A program made the translations under genes and the position numbers. The notes beneath the pieces are model-generated. The model worked only from the letters and a program-made list of their open reading frames with translations, was not told the DNA's origin and searched no databases. From a virus (Duplodnaviria > Caudoviricetes): 64,000 nt of DNA. The stretch lies in the IMG/VR virus record IMGVR_UViG_2595698649_000001, positions 1 to 64,000 of that record; one strand, 5' to 3'. How positions within the stretch are numbered: position 1 is the first letter of the stretch; each line of letters begins with the position of its first letter. Of this stretch, positions 1 to 8,887 are shown in pieces.

Positions 1-585
1 ATGAGAGACGGATACAACATATATAAAAAATACTTAGCAATCAAGTTACATTTTTCAAAAGATGAGTTTGATTTTTTTAAGTATGGAGGAGAAACGAAAG
101 CAAAGTATGAAACATTTATTAAGCGTAATGACAGATATTTCTTTGTCAAGGCAGCCAGAAAGTATGGCAATGATATTGTTGATTATTTTGTTGCTAACTT
201 CATAGGCAACAAAACAGATTATATCAAAGATTTTAGCGAAGATAATTATTTAGAGTGGCGAAAAAGAATAGATGGTTTAACATATTACTTTAAGTTGGAT
301 ATGGAAAAACTATTGAAGAAAACTGATGGTAACTTTGATAAGATATTTAAATGTTATCGTGGTCAACACCCACCGTTAATTAAAATGTATTTGGCAAAAA
401 AGATTACATTAGAAACTTTATGTATATTGGAAACAATGCTAAACTATACAAGACAGTTTGATAGAGATATAGATGAGACTTATGTATATCCTACAATTAA
501 AAGAAGAATGAAGAAGTATCAACCTTTCATAAAGTTTAATCCAACAAAGATGAAACTAGAATTAAGGAAGATGTTAAGTGATTAA
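1..585 (+). CDS. gp59: T4-like helicase loader gp59
   Basis: N-terminal YLAIKLHF..YDFFKYGG-like motif (YLAIKLHFSKDEFDFFKYGG) and KRNDRYFF, typical of gp59; near gp32. Confidence 0.85.
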   Translation: MRDGYNIYKKYLAIKLHFSKDEFDFFKYGGETKAKYETFIKRNDRYFFVKAARKYGNDIVDYFVANFIGNKTDYIKDFSEDNYLEWRKRIDGLTYYFKLDMEKLLKKTDGNFDKIFKCYRGQHPPLIKMYLAKKITLETLCILETMLNYTRQFDRDIDETYVYPTIKRRMKKYQPFIKFNPTKMKLELRKMLSD

Positions 586-751
586 AGGTTGCGTTGGGTT
601 TTCGTACAAACACGGATATCCATGGATAGGACATATGATACTAGTAAGAGGAAAGAGAACAATAAACATACCATTATTATATCCGTTATATTTGCTGTTG
701 ACTTTTATGTGGAGACATGATATAATGTTTACTAAAACAAGAGATTTTTAA
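578..751 (+). CDS. small hypothetical protein (57 aa, GTG start)
   Basis: Open frame read manually, GTG 578 to TAA 751; fills the gap between gp59 and the next ATG at 752. Confidence 0.4.
   Translation: MIKGCVGFSYKHGYPWIGHMILVRGKRTINIPLLYPLYLLLTFMWRHDIMFTKTRDF
698..726 (+). promoter_or_regulatory. sigma70-type early promoter
   Basis: TTGACT (698-703), 17-bp spacer, TATAAT (721-726), with a TGn extension. Confidence 0.75.
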
Positions 752-1309
752 ATGATACAAGAACATCATGTAATTGGAAATGGCGAAAGTAGAAAAGATT
801 TAAATGTTAATGAACTAGATGGCACGACCTATGGTTGTAATGCCATTTATAGAGATTACTATACAGACTATCTATTCAATAAGGATAAACCTATTCAACA
901 TGAAATACTTGATAGTCAATGTTGGAAAGATAGAAAAGTAATTATACAAACTAGATGGTTTGGTCAAGGTCATTATAACGAGGCATATGGTACAATGTCA
1001 TTATGGAAAGATATGTTAGGTACAAATGATTTTACAGATTGTGGTTCAGCGGCACTTACATATGCCAGTACGAGAGCAAAGTCTTTTGGTGGTGTTGTAA
1101 ACATGTATGGTTTTGATTTTGATAAAGCAGATACAACTTATGTAAATAACATATATAAAGGAACACCTAATTATTCTGATAGAGTAAATCAACGCAAAGG
1201 TGTCACTAAAGAATTTTTAGAGTGTATAGAAAAATTTAAAGATGTACAGTATGTTTATCACGGTGATAAATTACCTGACTTGTTAACAAAATATGAGAAT
1301 GTAAGATGA
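752..1309 (+). CDS. hypothetical protein, DUF115/Maf/sialyltransferase-like Rossmann fold; paralog of 4180-4983
   Basis: VIGNGESR...YGCNAIYRD...CGSAA...MYGFD motif set. Confidence 0.5.
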   Translation: MIQEHHVIGNGESRKDLNVNELDGTTYGCNAIYRDYYTDYLFNKDKPIQHEILDSQCWKDRKVIIQTRWFGQGHYNEAYGTMSLWKDMLGTNDFTDCGSAALTYASTRAKSFGGVVNMYGFDFDKADTTYVNNIYKGTPNYSDRVNQRKGVTKEFLECIEKFKDVQYVYHGDKLPDLLTKYENVR

Positions 1310-2751
1310 AATTATTAGGTATTAGATTATGTGACCACGATAGTAATATTACAATTACAGATGGCACTAAGGTACAATATCATAAAACAGAAAGACACTA
1401 TGGTGTTAAACATCATCATTTGCCATTTGAGAAATTAAAAGATTATCTTACTGAAAAAGGTATTGACTTATCACAAATAGATGACGCAGCTATTGTAGTT
1501 GATGAACAAAACATAGAGAAGGTACATAGTTTAGTACAGTTAGGTCTTAAATGTAAAATAGAAAAAATAGACCACCATTTAGCACATGCATTGAGTGTCT
1601 GGCCGATATCTAACACGGAAGAAAATACAACAGATTTTATATTAGATGGTTATGGTGACTATAAAGTACATCACACAATTTTAAAATACCAAAAAAGAAA
1701 ACATGTAGAGTGGAACTTAGATGAAATGAAAAGTCTAGGTATGCAGTTTGGTGAGTTTGGTGCTAATATTGGAATGAAAGGTAATGATATAGACTTTGCA
1801 GGTAAACTTATGGCATTGAAAAGTTGGTATTCAAAAGATGTACAGTTTTGTAATTCTTTAAATAATATACACTTTGTTAATGTACAAGAAATATTTAATT
1901 TTAATAGATGGATTGAACATAAAGGTTCTAGGTATGTGGCAGAGAATACAAAGGTAGAATGGTTTGCTAATTTACATATGTGGTTAGAAAGTACAATTAC
2001 AAAGTATTTTAAATTGTATGCTAAACCAGATGATAAGATATCTTTTTCAGGTGGCGTGGCACAAAACATATGTTTTAATGAACAACTAGGTAAGTATTTT
2101 AAAAACTTATCAATACCACCTCATGCTAATGATGAAGGATTATCTTTAGGTGCAGTTGAGTATTTAAGAAAAAAACATAATTTAGAACACTTTGACAACT
2201 CAGGTTTCCCTTATTGGCAATCAGATGAGGCACCAGAAACTACAGCGAGTTCGTCAACAATCAAACAAAGTGCTGAACTGTTAGCACAAGGTAAAGTATT
2301 AGGTTGGTATCAAGGACATGGCGAAGTAGGACCTAGAGCATTAGGTAACAGGTCAATCTTAATGACGCCATGTATAGGTTCAAAACAAAGAGTAAACGAA
2401 ATAAAACAAAGAGAAGATTATAGACCATTTGGTGCGTCTGTACTTAAAGATAAAGCACATATATATTTTGATATAGAAGATAGTCCACACATGTTATATT
2501 CTTGTAATGTAAAAGATGATAGATTAAAAGAAGTAACACATGTTGATGGTAGTTGTAGACCACAAACAGTTGATGGTAACAATCCTGTCTTTGAAGAATT
2601 ATTATATGAAGTTGAGAAGTTAACAGGTCTACCTGTGTTATTAAATACATCTTTAAATATACAAGGTAAACCTATCTGTGGTAATATAGAACAAGCAAAA
2701 CAAATTAAAGGACTAGACAATCTAGTAATTGGTAATGACACAAGAAGTTAA
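1306..2751 (+). CDS. carbamoyltransferase (NodU/CmcH family)
   Basis: HDS, DHHLAHA, DGYGD, SGGVAQN, DEGLSLG, GPRALGNRSIL, RPFG, HVDGSCRPQTV and LLNTSLN motifs. Confidence 0.92.
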   Translation: MKLLGIRLCDHDSNITITDGTKVQYHKTERHYGVKHHHLPFEKLKDYLTEKGIDLSQIDDAAIVVDEQNIEKVHSLVQLGLKCKIEKIDHHLAHALSVWPISNTEENTTDFILDGYGDYKVHHTILKYQKRKHVEWNLDEMKSLGMQFGEFGANIGMKGNDIDFAGKLMALKSWYSKDVQFCNSLNNIHFVNVQEIFNFNRWIEHKGSRYVAENTKVEWFANLHMWLESTITKYFKLYAKPDDKISFSGGVAQNICFNEQLGKYFKNLSIPPHANDEGLSLGAVEYLRKKHNLEHFDNSGFPYWQSDEAPETTASSSTIKQSAELLAQGKVLGWYQGHGEVGPRALGNRSILMTPCIGSKQRVNEIKQREDYRPFGASVLKDKAHIYFDIEDSPHMLYSCNVKDDRLKEVTHVDGSCRPQTVDGNNPVFEELLYEVEKLTGLPVLLNTSLNIQGKPICGNIEQAKQIKGLDNLVIGNDTRS

Positions 2752-3385
2752 AATATTAAAATACGATATTACTAATTTTGTTGCATGTCCTGTACTTCAT
2801 GCTAAAACAGATTTTAATTTAAATGAACGAGAAGATTTTATATTAAGAGAAATGGCAGGTTTTAAAGATATACCTAAAGATGAAAAATATGGCGTTAATG
2901 TATCTGGTAATCATACACTACTTGACACATATGGCATGGAAAGAGTAAGAGACTATATTGTAAACTTTACAAAAGAGTATGTAAGAAACACTTTAAAAAT
3001 AAAACAAGAATTTTATTTAACGAGTAGTTGGGCAACAAAAAATCTTAAAGGTGATAGACACCACGGACATACACACCCTAATACATTATTGAGTTGTGTA
3101 TATTATTATAAAGCAACAAGTGGTAAACTCACAGTATCAACAGACCGTAATGGTTTGTTTCCTAACTTTGATTTTAATTTTGATTATGATGAATGGAATA
3201 ATTACAATGCTAAATCGTGGACATTTGATGTACAGACAGGAGATATATTATTGTTTCCAGGTTACTTAAATCATTTTTCTACACCTAATGAAAATGATGA
3301 TGAAAGAATAATAATTGGTGCAAATTTTTTTACGAGAGGCAAATTTGGTACATACGACAATACAGACTTGATAGAGATTAAATAA
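2729..3385 (+). CDS. 2OG-Fe(II) oxygenase-like protein (TIGR02466-like); start probably at 2735
   Basis: SW..HxH(HTHPN)..LSCVYY..GDILLFPGYLNH..RIII. Confidence 0.8.
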   Translation: MVMTQEVKILKYDITNFVACPVLHAKTDFNLNEREDFILREMAGFKDIPKDEKYGVNVSGNHTLLDTYGMERVRDYIVNFTKEYVRNTLKIKQEFYLTSSWATKNLKGDRHHGHTHPNTLLSCVYYYKATSGKLTVSTDRNGLFPNFDFNFDYDEWNNYNAKSWTFDVQTGDILLFPGYLNHFSTPNENDDERIIIGANFFTRGKFGTYDNTDLIEIK

Positions 3386-3891
3386 TGTTTTATAAGACAC
3401 ACTTAAACTGGACAGATGAATTTGTTGAAAACAATATACAAGTTATAGAAGATAACTATAGTATGTGGCCGACAAGAAACAGATGGAATTGTAATGTACA
3501 TGCTGTACACGATAATGATGAAGATGTACCAGGTATTGATTTTACATATCTAAGAAACAAGTACGAAGACTTAGCAGTTGAAGTTGCAAAACATTATAAT
3601 ATGAAAGAATATCATTTAAGTGATTTATGGTATAACTACTATAAAGAAGGACAGTACCAAGAACCACATATGCATGACGGACACGGTGGTGTAACAGCAG
3701 TACACTATATGTTATTTGATCCTAAAGAACATAATCTAACAGAATTTACGGATGGTGATAAGTCACCAGACATACAACAAGGTGATATATTATTCTTTGA
3801 TTGTCACAAAGAACACTATGTACCACAAAACAAAAGCACTAAACCTAGATTAACAGTTGCATTTACAATTACAAAACATGACATACGATAA
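3385..3891 (+). CDS. 2OG-Fe(II) oxygenase-like protein
   Basis: WYNYY..QEPHMH..GDILFF..H..RLTVAF. Confidence 0.75.
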   Translation: MFYKTHLNWTDEFVENNIQVIEDNYSMWPTRNRWNCNVHAVHDNDEDVPGIDFTYLRNKYEDLAVEVAKHYNMKEYHLSDLWYNYYKEGQYQEPHMHDGHGGVTAVHYMLFDPKEHNLTEFTDGDKSPDIQQGDILFFDCHKEHYVPQNKSTKPRLTVAFTITKHDIR

Positions 3892-4183
3892 GAAATTGAA
3901 CGATAAAATAAAAGAATTAAACTCAACAAGAGTGTTTAAGAAGATAACACCTAAGTACGATTTATCTTGGTATGTTAAATGGGTATCAAGTGTATTGATA
4001 TTATTAGCAGTATCTAGTAGAGCTGCAGGTGGTTTACATATGTGGGATTTAGGGTTTAGTTTAGTAGGCACGATTGGTTGGTTATGGGTAGGTATACTAT
4101 GGCATGACCGTGCATTAATTATGTTAAACGGTGCTCTTGCAACATTATTGTTTACAGGTATTATGAAGGCATTTTTAACATGA
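3878..4183 (+). CDS. small membrane protein (DUF6552-like)
   Basis: Three hydrophobic segments with WYVKWVSS and WHDRALI; ATG at 3878 preferred over the TTG at 3857. Confidence 0.6.
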   Translation: MTYDKKLNDKIKELNSTRVFKKITPKYDLSWYVKWVSSVLILLAVSSRAAGGLHMWDLGFSLVGTIGWLWVGILWHDRALIMLNGALATLLFTGIMKAFLT

Positions 4184-4983
4184 CAGAACCTACAATTAAC
4201 TTATTTGTATTAGGTAATGGCGAAAGTCGTTATGGCATATCAGTACATAATTTACAACGTCAAGGTAAAGTATGGGGTTGTAATGGCATGTATAGAGATT
4301 ATGACCTAGATGGTTTGATTGCAGTTGACCCTATGTTAGAACATGAAATATACAGGTCAGGTTATGCACATAAACATCAAGTTTGGTTTAGAGATTGGGA
4401 TAGTATGCCTGCTGACCACTATGATATGATGAAAGAAGCATTTGTAGGTAAAATGGAAAATGCTAAGATAAGAGAACATGGTGAGAAATCAGATAGTTTT
4501 GTTATACATGGTCAAAGTGCCATAAATCAAAAGAGAATTACAGAAAGATGGAAAGGCGATGGTTACGAAAACGTTTATTGTACATGGTTAAACGGAGGTG
4601 ACAATGTGTCGCAATTGAAAGAATTAATGGTAGATGTTGATGGCGAACCTAGGGATATGGGTTGGTGCTCTGGCGCTAGTGCCATGTATGTTGCATGTAA
4701 AGTAGAACAACCAAAGCGTTGTTATTTACTAGGTATGGATATGTATAGTCAGACAGATAAGGTCAACAATCTATACAAAGGTACACAAGGTTATGTTTCT
4801 GCTGAGGAAAGTGCATTGATACCAGAGAATTGGGTCATACAAAAAGCAAAAGCAATGATGAGATTTCCAGATATAGACTTCATCAAGGTACAAGGAGAAG
4901 GATACCAAGAGATTCCAGAGTGGGAATCCGTGCCAAATGTACGATATATGAACATAGAATATTTTAAAAAAAATTTATATTAG
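4180..4983 (+). CDS. hypothetical protein, paralog of 752-1309 (putative glycosyl/sialyltransferase-like)
   Basis: VLGNGESR..WGCNGMYRD..CSGASA..LLGMD..NNLYKGT. Confidence 0.5.
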   Translation: MTEPTINLFVLGNGESRYGISVHNLQRQGKVWGCNGMYRDYDLDGLIAVDPMLEHEIYRSGYAHKHQVWFRDWDSMPADHYDMMKEAFVGKMENAKIREHGEKSDSFVIHGQSAINQKRITERWKGDGYENVYCTWLNGGDNVSQLKELMVDVDGEPRDMGWCSGASAMYVACKVEQPKRCYLLGMDMYSQTDKVNNLYKGTQGYVSAEESALIPENWVIQKAKAMMRFPDIDFIKVQGEGYQEIPEWESVPNVRYMNIEYFKKNLY

Positions 4984-4986
4984 AGC

Positions 4987-5015
4987 TTGACAATGAGCAA
5001 GTTTTATGATATAAT
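4987..5015 (+). promoter_or_regulatory. perfect-consensus sigma70 promoter
   Basis: TTGACA (4987-4992), 17-bp spacer, TATAAT (5010-5015). Confidence 0.85.
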
Positions 5016-5020
5016 AGAGA

Positions 5021-5226
5021 TATCTTATAAAGGCAATATAGTTGCAACTTTATTGCTGCTACTGGCTGAACAACAATTAAGAGGTTGTAAGGCATGGGTA
5101 GAGAGGGTTATGGGCGAATGCTTGAAGACACTCTATTCAGTTGTAAGTAGGGACCACCTGTAAAACAGATTGGACTCTTCCCGGAAGCTTGGGGGTAAAC
5201 CAATAAATCCCTCGTAGCATAAGATA
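5021..5226 (+). ncRNA. putative structured non-coding RNA or long leader upstream of gp32
   Basis: GC-richer intergenic tract; ends pair (TATCTTAT/ATAAGATA); several nested helices; begins at the predicted TSS. Confidence 0.6.
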
Positions 5227-5231
5227 ACTTG

Positions 5232-5239
5232 TATAAATA
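5232..5239 (+). promoter_or_regulatory. T4-type late promoter for gp32, followed by an A-rich unstructured leader
   Basis: TATAAATA. Confidence 0.75.
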
Positions 5240-5295
5240 ATAATGTCGCTAATATAGACAATACAAATATAACGAATACAACAAAAGGAAAATAT

Positions 5296-6204
5296 ATGTC
5301 ATTCGCAAATCTAAAAAGAAGTCGTGGCAACTTTGACAAGCTAACCAAAGAGTTAGAAAAAGTTGCAACTCCAACTACAAATCAAAATTCATCAGGAGAC
5401 GAAAGGTTCTGGAAACCAGAACTTGATAAAACTGGTAATGGTTTTGCCGTTATCAGATTTTTACCTGCCGTTGAAGGTGAAGAATTACCTTGGGCAAGAG
5501 TATGGTCACATGCTTTTCAAGGACCAGGTGGTTGGTACATTGAAAACAGTTTAACTACACTAGGTCAAAAAGATCCAGTTTCAGAGGAAAACACAAAGTT
5601 GTGGAACACTGGTAGTGACGCTGATAAAGAAATCGCTAGAAAAAGAAAAAGAAAGTTATCTTACTTTACAAATATTTTAGTTGTTTCAGACCCTAAACAT
5701 CCTGAAAATGAAGGTAAGGTATTCTTATACAAGTTTGGTAAGAAAATCTTTGACAAGGTTACAGAAGCTATGAAACCTGAATTTGAAGATGAGAAGGCAA
5801 TCAACCCATTTGATTTTTGGGAAGGTGCAAACTTTAAATTAAAAATCAGAAAAGTTGATGGTTATTGGAATTATGACAAATCTGAATTTGAACCTATCTC
5901 TAAACTAAAAGAGACAGACGAAGAAATAGAACAGATTTGGAAAATGCAAAAACCTTTAAAAGAATTTTCTGCTGCTACAAACTTTAAATCATATGATGAG
6001 CTGAAAAGCAAATTTGAGAAAACTGTTTATGGCACAGGAAAATCTGAGACGGCAGAACAAGTAGATATCCCACCTGTAAGTGCTGCTGTTGAAGAAGTTA
6101 GTGAAGACCTAAAGCATGAAAGTATACCAACTCCAGAAGTTACTTCCCCTAGTAATGATGAAGATGATACTATGAATTACTTTAGCAAATTAGTCAACGA
6201 CTAA
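5296..6204 (+). CDS. gp32: single-stranded DNA-binding protein gp32
   Basis: DERFWKPELDKTGNGFAVIRFLP, HAFQGPGGWYIENSLTT, GANFKLKIRKV; acidic C-terminus. Confidence 0.97.
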   Translation: MSFANLKRSRGNFDKLTKELEKVATPTTNQNSSGDERFWKPELDKTGNGFAVIRFLPAVEGEELPWARVWSHAFQGPGGWYIENSLTTLGQKDPVSEENTKLWNTGSDADKEIARKRKRKLSYFTNILVVSDPKHPENEGKVFLYKFGKKIFDKVTEAMKPEFEDEKAINPFDFWEGANFKLKIRKVDGYWNYDKSEFEPISKLKETDEEIEQIWKMQKPLKEFSAATNFKSYDELKSKFEKTVYGTGKSETAEQVDIPPVSAAVEEVSEDLKHESIPTPEVTSPSNDEDDTMNYFSKLVND

Positions 6205-6235
6205 TCTCTCCTAGTAAGTAATATAATCACTAACG

Positions 6236-6263
6236 AAAGGGCGGCCTAGTGTCGCCCTTTTTT
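6236..6263 (+). terminator. rho-independent terminator after gp32
   Basis: GGGCGGC-ctagt-GTCGCCC followed by a T6 tract. Confidence 0.85.
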
Positions 6264-6266
6264 ACA

Positions 6267-6274
6267 TATAAATA
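6267..6274 (+). promoter_or_regulatory. T4-type late promoter
   Basis: TATAAATA 5 nt before ATG 6280. Confidence 0.75.
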
Positions 6275-6279
6275 GGGAC

Positions 6280-6900
6280 ATGATTAAAAGTTTTATTGAA
6301 CATAGACTATTTCCTACTACAGTATATCAGAATGAGATACCTGTAAATCAAAACGAATTTACTACAATAAAAGAAATAGATTATGAGCGTATGCCTAGTG
6401 ATAATGGGTATATGACAAGGTACAAAAGAATTTTAACACTATTACCTGATACAAGAAAATCAATAGAAAAACATATAAATTATTATGCTTATGATGTACT
6501 AGGTATATCTCATAAACATAAATTTCATATCACTACAAGTTGGGTTAACAGACATAAAACAGGTGATAAAGCACACACACATTTTCATGCTAATTCATTG
6601 ATAAGTGGTTGTTACTATCTAAAAATGCCAGAGAGTGGTGGTGATATTTGTTTTCCTAAACCTACTAATCATAATAATTTTTTAAGTGATACATTTAATT
6701 TTGACACACAGGTAACTAACGAAAGAAATTCAGCAGAGTATAAGATAGATGTTAAAGAGGGTATGATACTATTATTTCCGTCTCAGACAAGACATTTTAC
6801 TCAGATAAATAATTCTATAGAGGATAGATACTCACTTGCATTTAATGTATGGACTAAAGGTGAGATAGGTTACGAAGATATAGAAAAGATTAAATTATAA
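6280..6900 (+). CDS. 2OG-Fe(II) oxygenase-like protein (TIGR02466-like)
   Basis: LFPT, SWVN..HFHANSLISGCYY..LLFPS..H..RYSLAFN. Confidence 0.8.
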   Translation: MIKSFIEHRLFPTTVYQNEIPVNQNEFTTIKEIDYERMPSDNGYMTRYKRILTLLPDTRKSIEKHINYYAYDVLGISHKHKFHITTSWVNRHKTGDKAHTHFHANSLISGCYYLKMPESGGDICFPKPTNHNNFLSDTFNFDTQVTNERNSAEYKIDVKEGMILLFPSQTRHFTQINNSIEDRYSLAFNVWTKGEIGYEDIEKIKL

Positions 6901-7181
6901 TGGATTTATTTTTAGACATATTAGTTGATTTTGGATTACCAGTTGCTGGTGCAATGGTAATGGGTGTCTTTATATACATTATCCTTAAATACATATTAGC
7001 AGGTGTTGTAGGTCAAGTTGCCACAATTACAATGTTAATCTCAGCATTAGACAATAGAATTAAAACAATGAACCACGACATGATTAAATTAGATATATTA
7101 ATCAGTAGCGCTCTAAACTTACGACCAGATTTAGATAGAGTTTCCAGGTCAGATGGTAAAGAAGACGCAAGGAAAGATTGA
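6900..7181 (+). CDS. small membrane protein with coiled coil; paralog of the next gene
   Basis: N-terminal TM helix then LDNRIKTMNHDMIKLD. Confidence 0.7.
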   Translation: MDLFLDILVDFGLPVAGAMVMGVFIYIILKYILAGVVGQVATITMLISALDNRIKTMNHDMIKLDILISSALNLRPDLDRVSRSDGKEDARKD

Positions 7182-7462
7182 TGGTTGAAGTAGAAGTAAC
7201 AGCACCTATTATAGATATGTTAAATAGATACGGATTTGCCTCTGTAGCAGCAATTGCTATGGGTTGGTTTATCTATTTTATTTACAACTTTGTGACTGGT
7301 AATATCATAGAAAAATTAGACAAGGCACAAATGACGACTATAGCACTAATAGACCGTATTAGAATGCTAGACAATGACTTAATACGATTAAGGTCAAAAC
7401 TTAATACAGTATTAGAAATGAGAGAAAATGAAGAAAATAACAGACGTAAAAAACCAGATTAG
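7178..7462 (+). CDS. small membrane protein with coiled coil; paralog of the previous gene
   Basis: TM helix then LIDRIRMLDNDLIRLR. Confidence 0.7.
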   Translation: MMVEVEVTAPIIDMLNRYGFASVAAIAMGWFIYFIYNFVTGNIIEKLDKAQMTTIALIDRIRMLDNDLIRLRSKLNTVLEMRENEENNRRKKPD

Positions 7463-7553
7463 TTACCTTAACGCCTTATTTCAAGGCGCCCTTGCATTAT
7501 TAGCATTGTTTGCCATAGCGATATTACTCGTATTCATCACACAATTATTATAA
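7428..7553 (+). CDS. 41-aa single-TM peptide
   Basis: Manual translation MKKITDVKNQISYLNALFQGALALLALFAIAILLVFITQLL. Confidence 0.45.
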   Translation: MKKITDVKNQISYLNALFQGALALLALFAIAILLVFITQLL

Positions 7554-7556
7554 ATA
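7549..7556 (+). promoter_or_regulatory. T4-type late promoter heading the csgF-csgG operon
   Basis: TATAAATA 5 nt before ATG 7562. Confidence 0.75.
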
Positions 7557-7561
7557 GTAGC

Positions 7562-8038
7562 ATGAAAAGTACACTAAAAAGTGTACTAGGGGTAACATTG
7601 TTATGTACTATTTTGACTTCCACTAGTACATCATCAGAAATCGTCCATGAGTTTAAAAATCCTGCGTTTAGCGGCAATGGGTATAGCTCTCATGTACTTT
7701 CTGTAGAACAGTTACAATCAAACAGAAAAAAACAGGTAGCAGATGACGCTAAGTCAGCAGCATCAGCTACTGAAAGAGCAGAGAAAAATAAAACAATAAA
7801 CAAATTTATTGCCAATGTAGAAAGTAGAATTTACGCTAATCTTTCTAAACAGTTAGTAGATAATATGTTTGGTGAGTCCTGTACAGGTACTTGTCCTACA
7901 TCTGGTACTGCTGATATAGAAGGTTCTACAATTTATTGGGTCAAAGATACAACTACAGAAATAATTACATTAACCGTTACAGACGAAAATGGCACGGTAA
8001 CACAATTAACCGTACCAATGGGTGATTTTAATTTTTAG
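7562..8038 (+). CDS. csgF: curli assembly protein CsgF-like
   Basis: Signal peptide; mature N-terminus EIVHEFKNPAFSGN resembles the CsgF FxNPxFGG motif; directly upstream of csgG. Confidence 0.8.
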   Translation: MKSTLKSVLGVTLLCTILTSTSTSSEIVHEFKNPAFSGNGYSSHVLSVEQLQSNRKKQVADDAKSAASATERAEKNKTINKFIANVESRIYANLSKQLVDNMFGESCTGTCPTSGTADIEGSTIYWVKDTTTEIITLTVTDENGTVTQLTVPMGDFNF

Positions 8039-8044
8039 GATTTT

Positions 8045-8887
8045 ATGGGTGCATTAGAAATATTAAAAGTGTTAGGAGTGGTTTGCCTGTTGACTGGCTG
8101 TGCTAGTACAAATAGTGCTTATAAGAATGGTGAATATAAAGCACCATACATAGAGGGCACAACAACAAGTAAGTTGTTAGAAGAAATACCTGATTTAGAT
8201 AAACAACCACAGATAACAATTGCAGTTTATGATTTTAGCGACCAAACTGGTCAAAGAAAACCAAGTACAAAGTTTTCTCAATTATCAACGGCAGTAACAC
8301 AAGGTCCTGATGTATGGGTTATCAATGCATTAAAAACTGTGAGTGGTGGTGATTGGTTTAAAGTTGTAGAACGAAAAGGACTAAATAATCTAGTTAAAGA
8401 AAGACAATTAATTAGGTCTACTAGAGAATTATATGATGGAGAAAGTGATGTTAAAAATCAATTAAAACCTATGTTATTTGCCGGTCTTATTGTAGAGGGT
8501 GGCATAGTAGGTTATGATACTAACACACAATCTGGTGGTGTAGGTGCAAGATATTTTGGTATTGGTATCAATGAAATGTACCGTACAGACCAAGTAACAG
8601 TTTCATTAAGATTAGTTGCAGTACAAACAGGAGAAATATTATTAACTGTTAATGCAACAAAAACAATTGCCTCTTACAGTAAAGGCGGCGATGTGTTTAG
8701 ATTTTTAGATATGGGTACAAGAGCACTTGAACTAGAACAAGGTTCAGCTGTGAATGAACCAGTTAGTTATGCTATACGAACAGCAATAGAATATGCAATC
8801 TTGCAAATGATATATGAAGGTGTAAATTGTGATTTATGGAAAATGCAAGGTGTAAAGGAGATAAAAATACATGAAAACAATAACTAA
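8045..8887 (+). CDS. csgG: curli secretion channel CsgG (outer-membrane lipoprotein)
   Basis: Lipobox LTGC; IAVYDFSDQTGQRKP, STAVTQG, WFKVVERKGLNNLVKERQLIR, EGGIVGYD, GGVGARYFGIG. Confidence 0.93.
   Translation: MGALEILKVLGVVCLLTGCASTNSAYKNGEYKAPYIEGTTTSKLLEEIPDLDKQPQITIAVYDFSDQTGQRKPSTKFSQLSTAVTQGPDVWVINALKTVSGGDWFKVVERKGLNNLVKERQLIRSTRELYDGESDVKNQLKPMLFAGLIVEGGIVGYDTNTQSGGVGARYFGIGINEMYRTDQVTVSLRLVAVQTGEILLTVNATKTIASYSKGGDVFRFLDMGTRALELEQGSAVNEPVSYAIRTAIEYAILQMIYEGVNCDLWKMQGVKEIKIHENNN

Noticed and set aside
5021-5226. Assignment of the RNA as a SAM-I riboswitch, RNase P RNA, SRP RNA or tmRNA
   Set aside because: Only fragmentary resemblances (TCTTAT/ATAAGA terminal helix, GGTAAACC, CCGGAAG); the core conserved motifs of each family are absent.
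5133-5348. 71-aa minus-strand ORF over the structured RNA and gp32 start
   Set aside because: Antisense to strong plus-strand promoters and gp32, with no recognisable features; better explained as non-coding.
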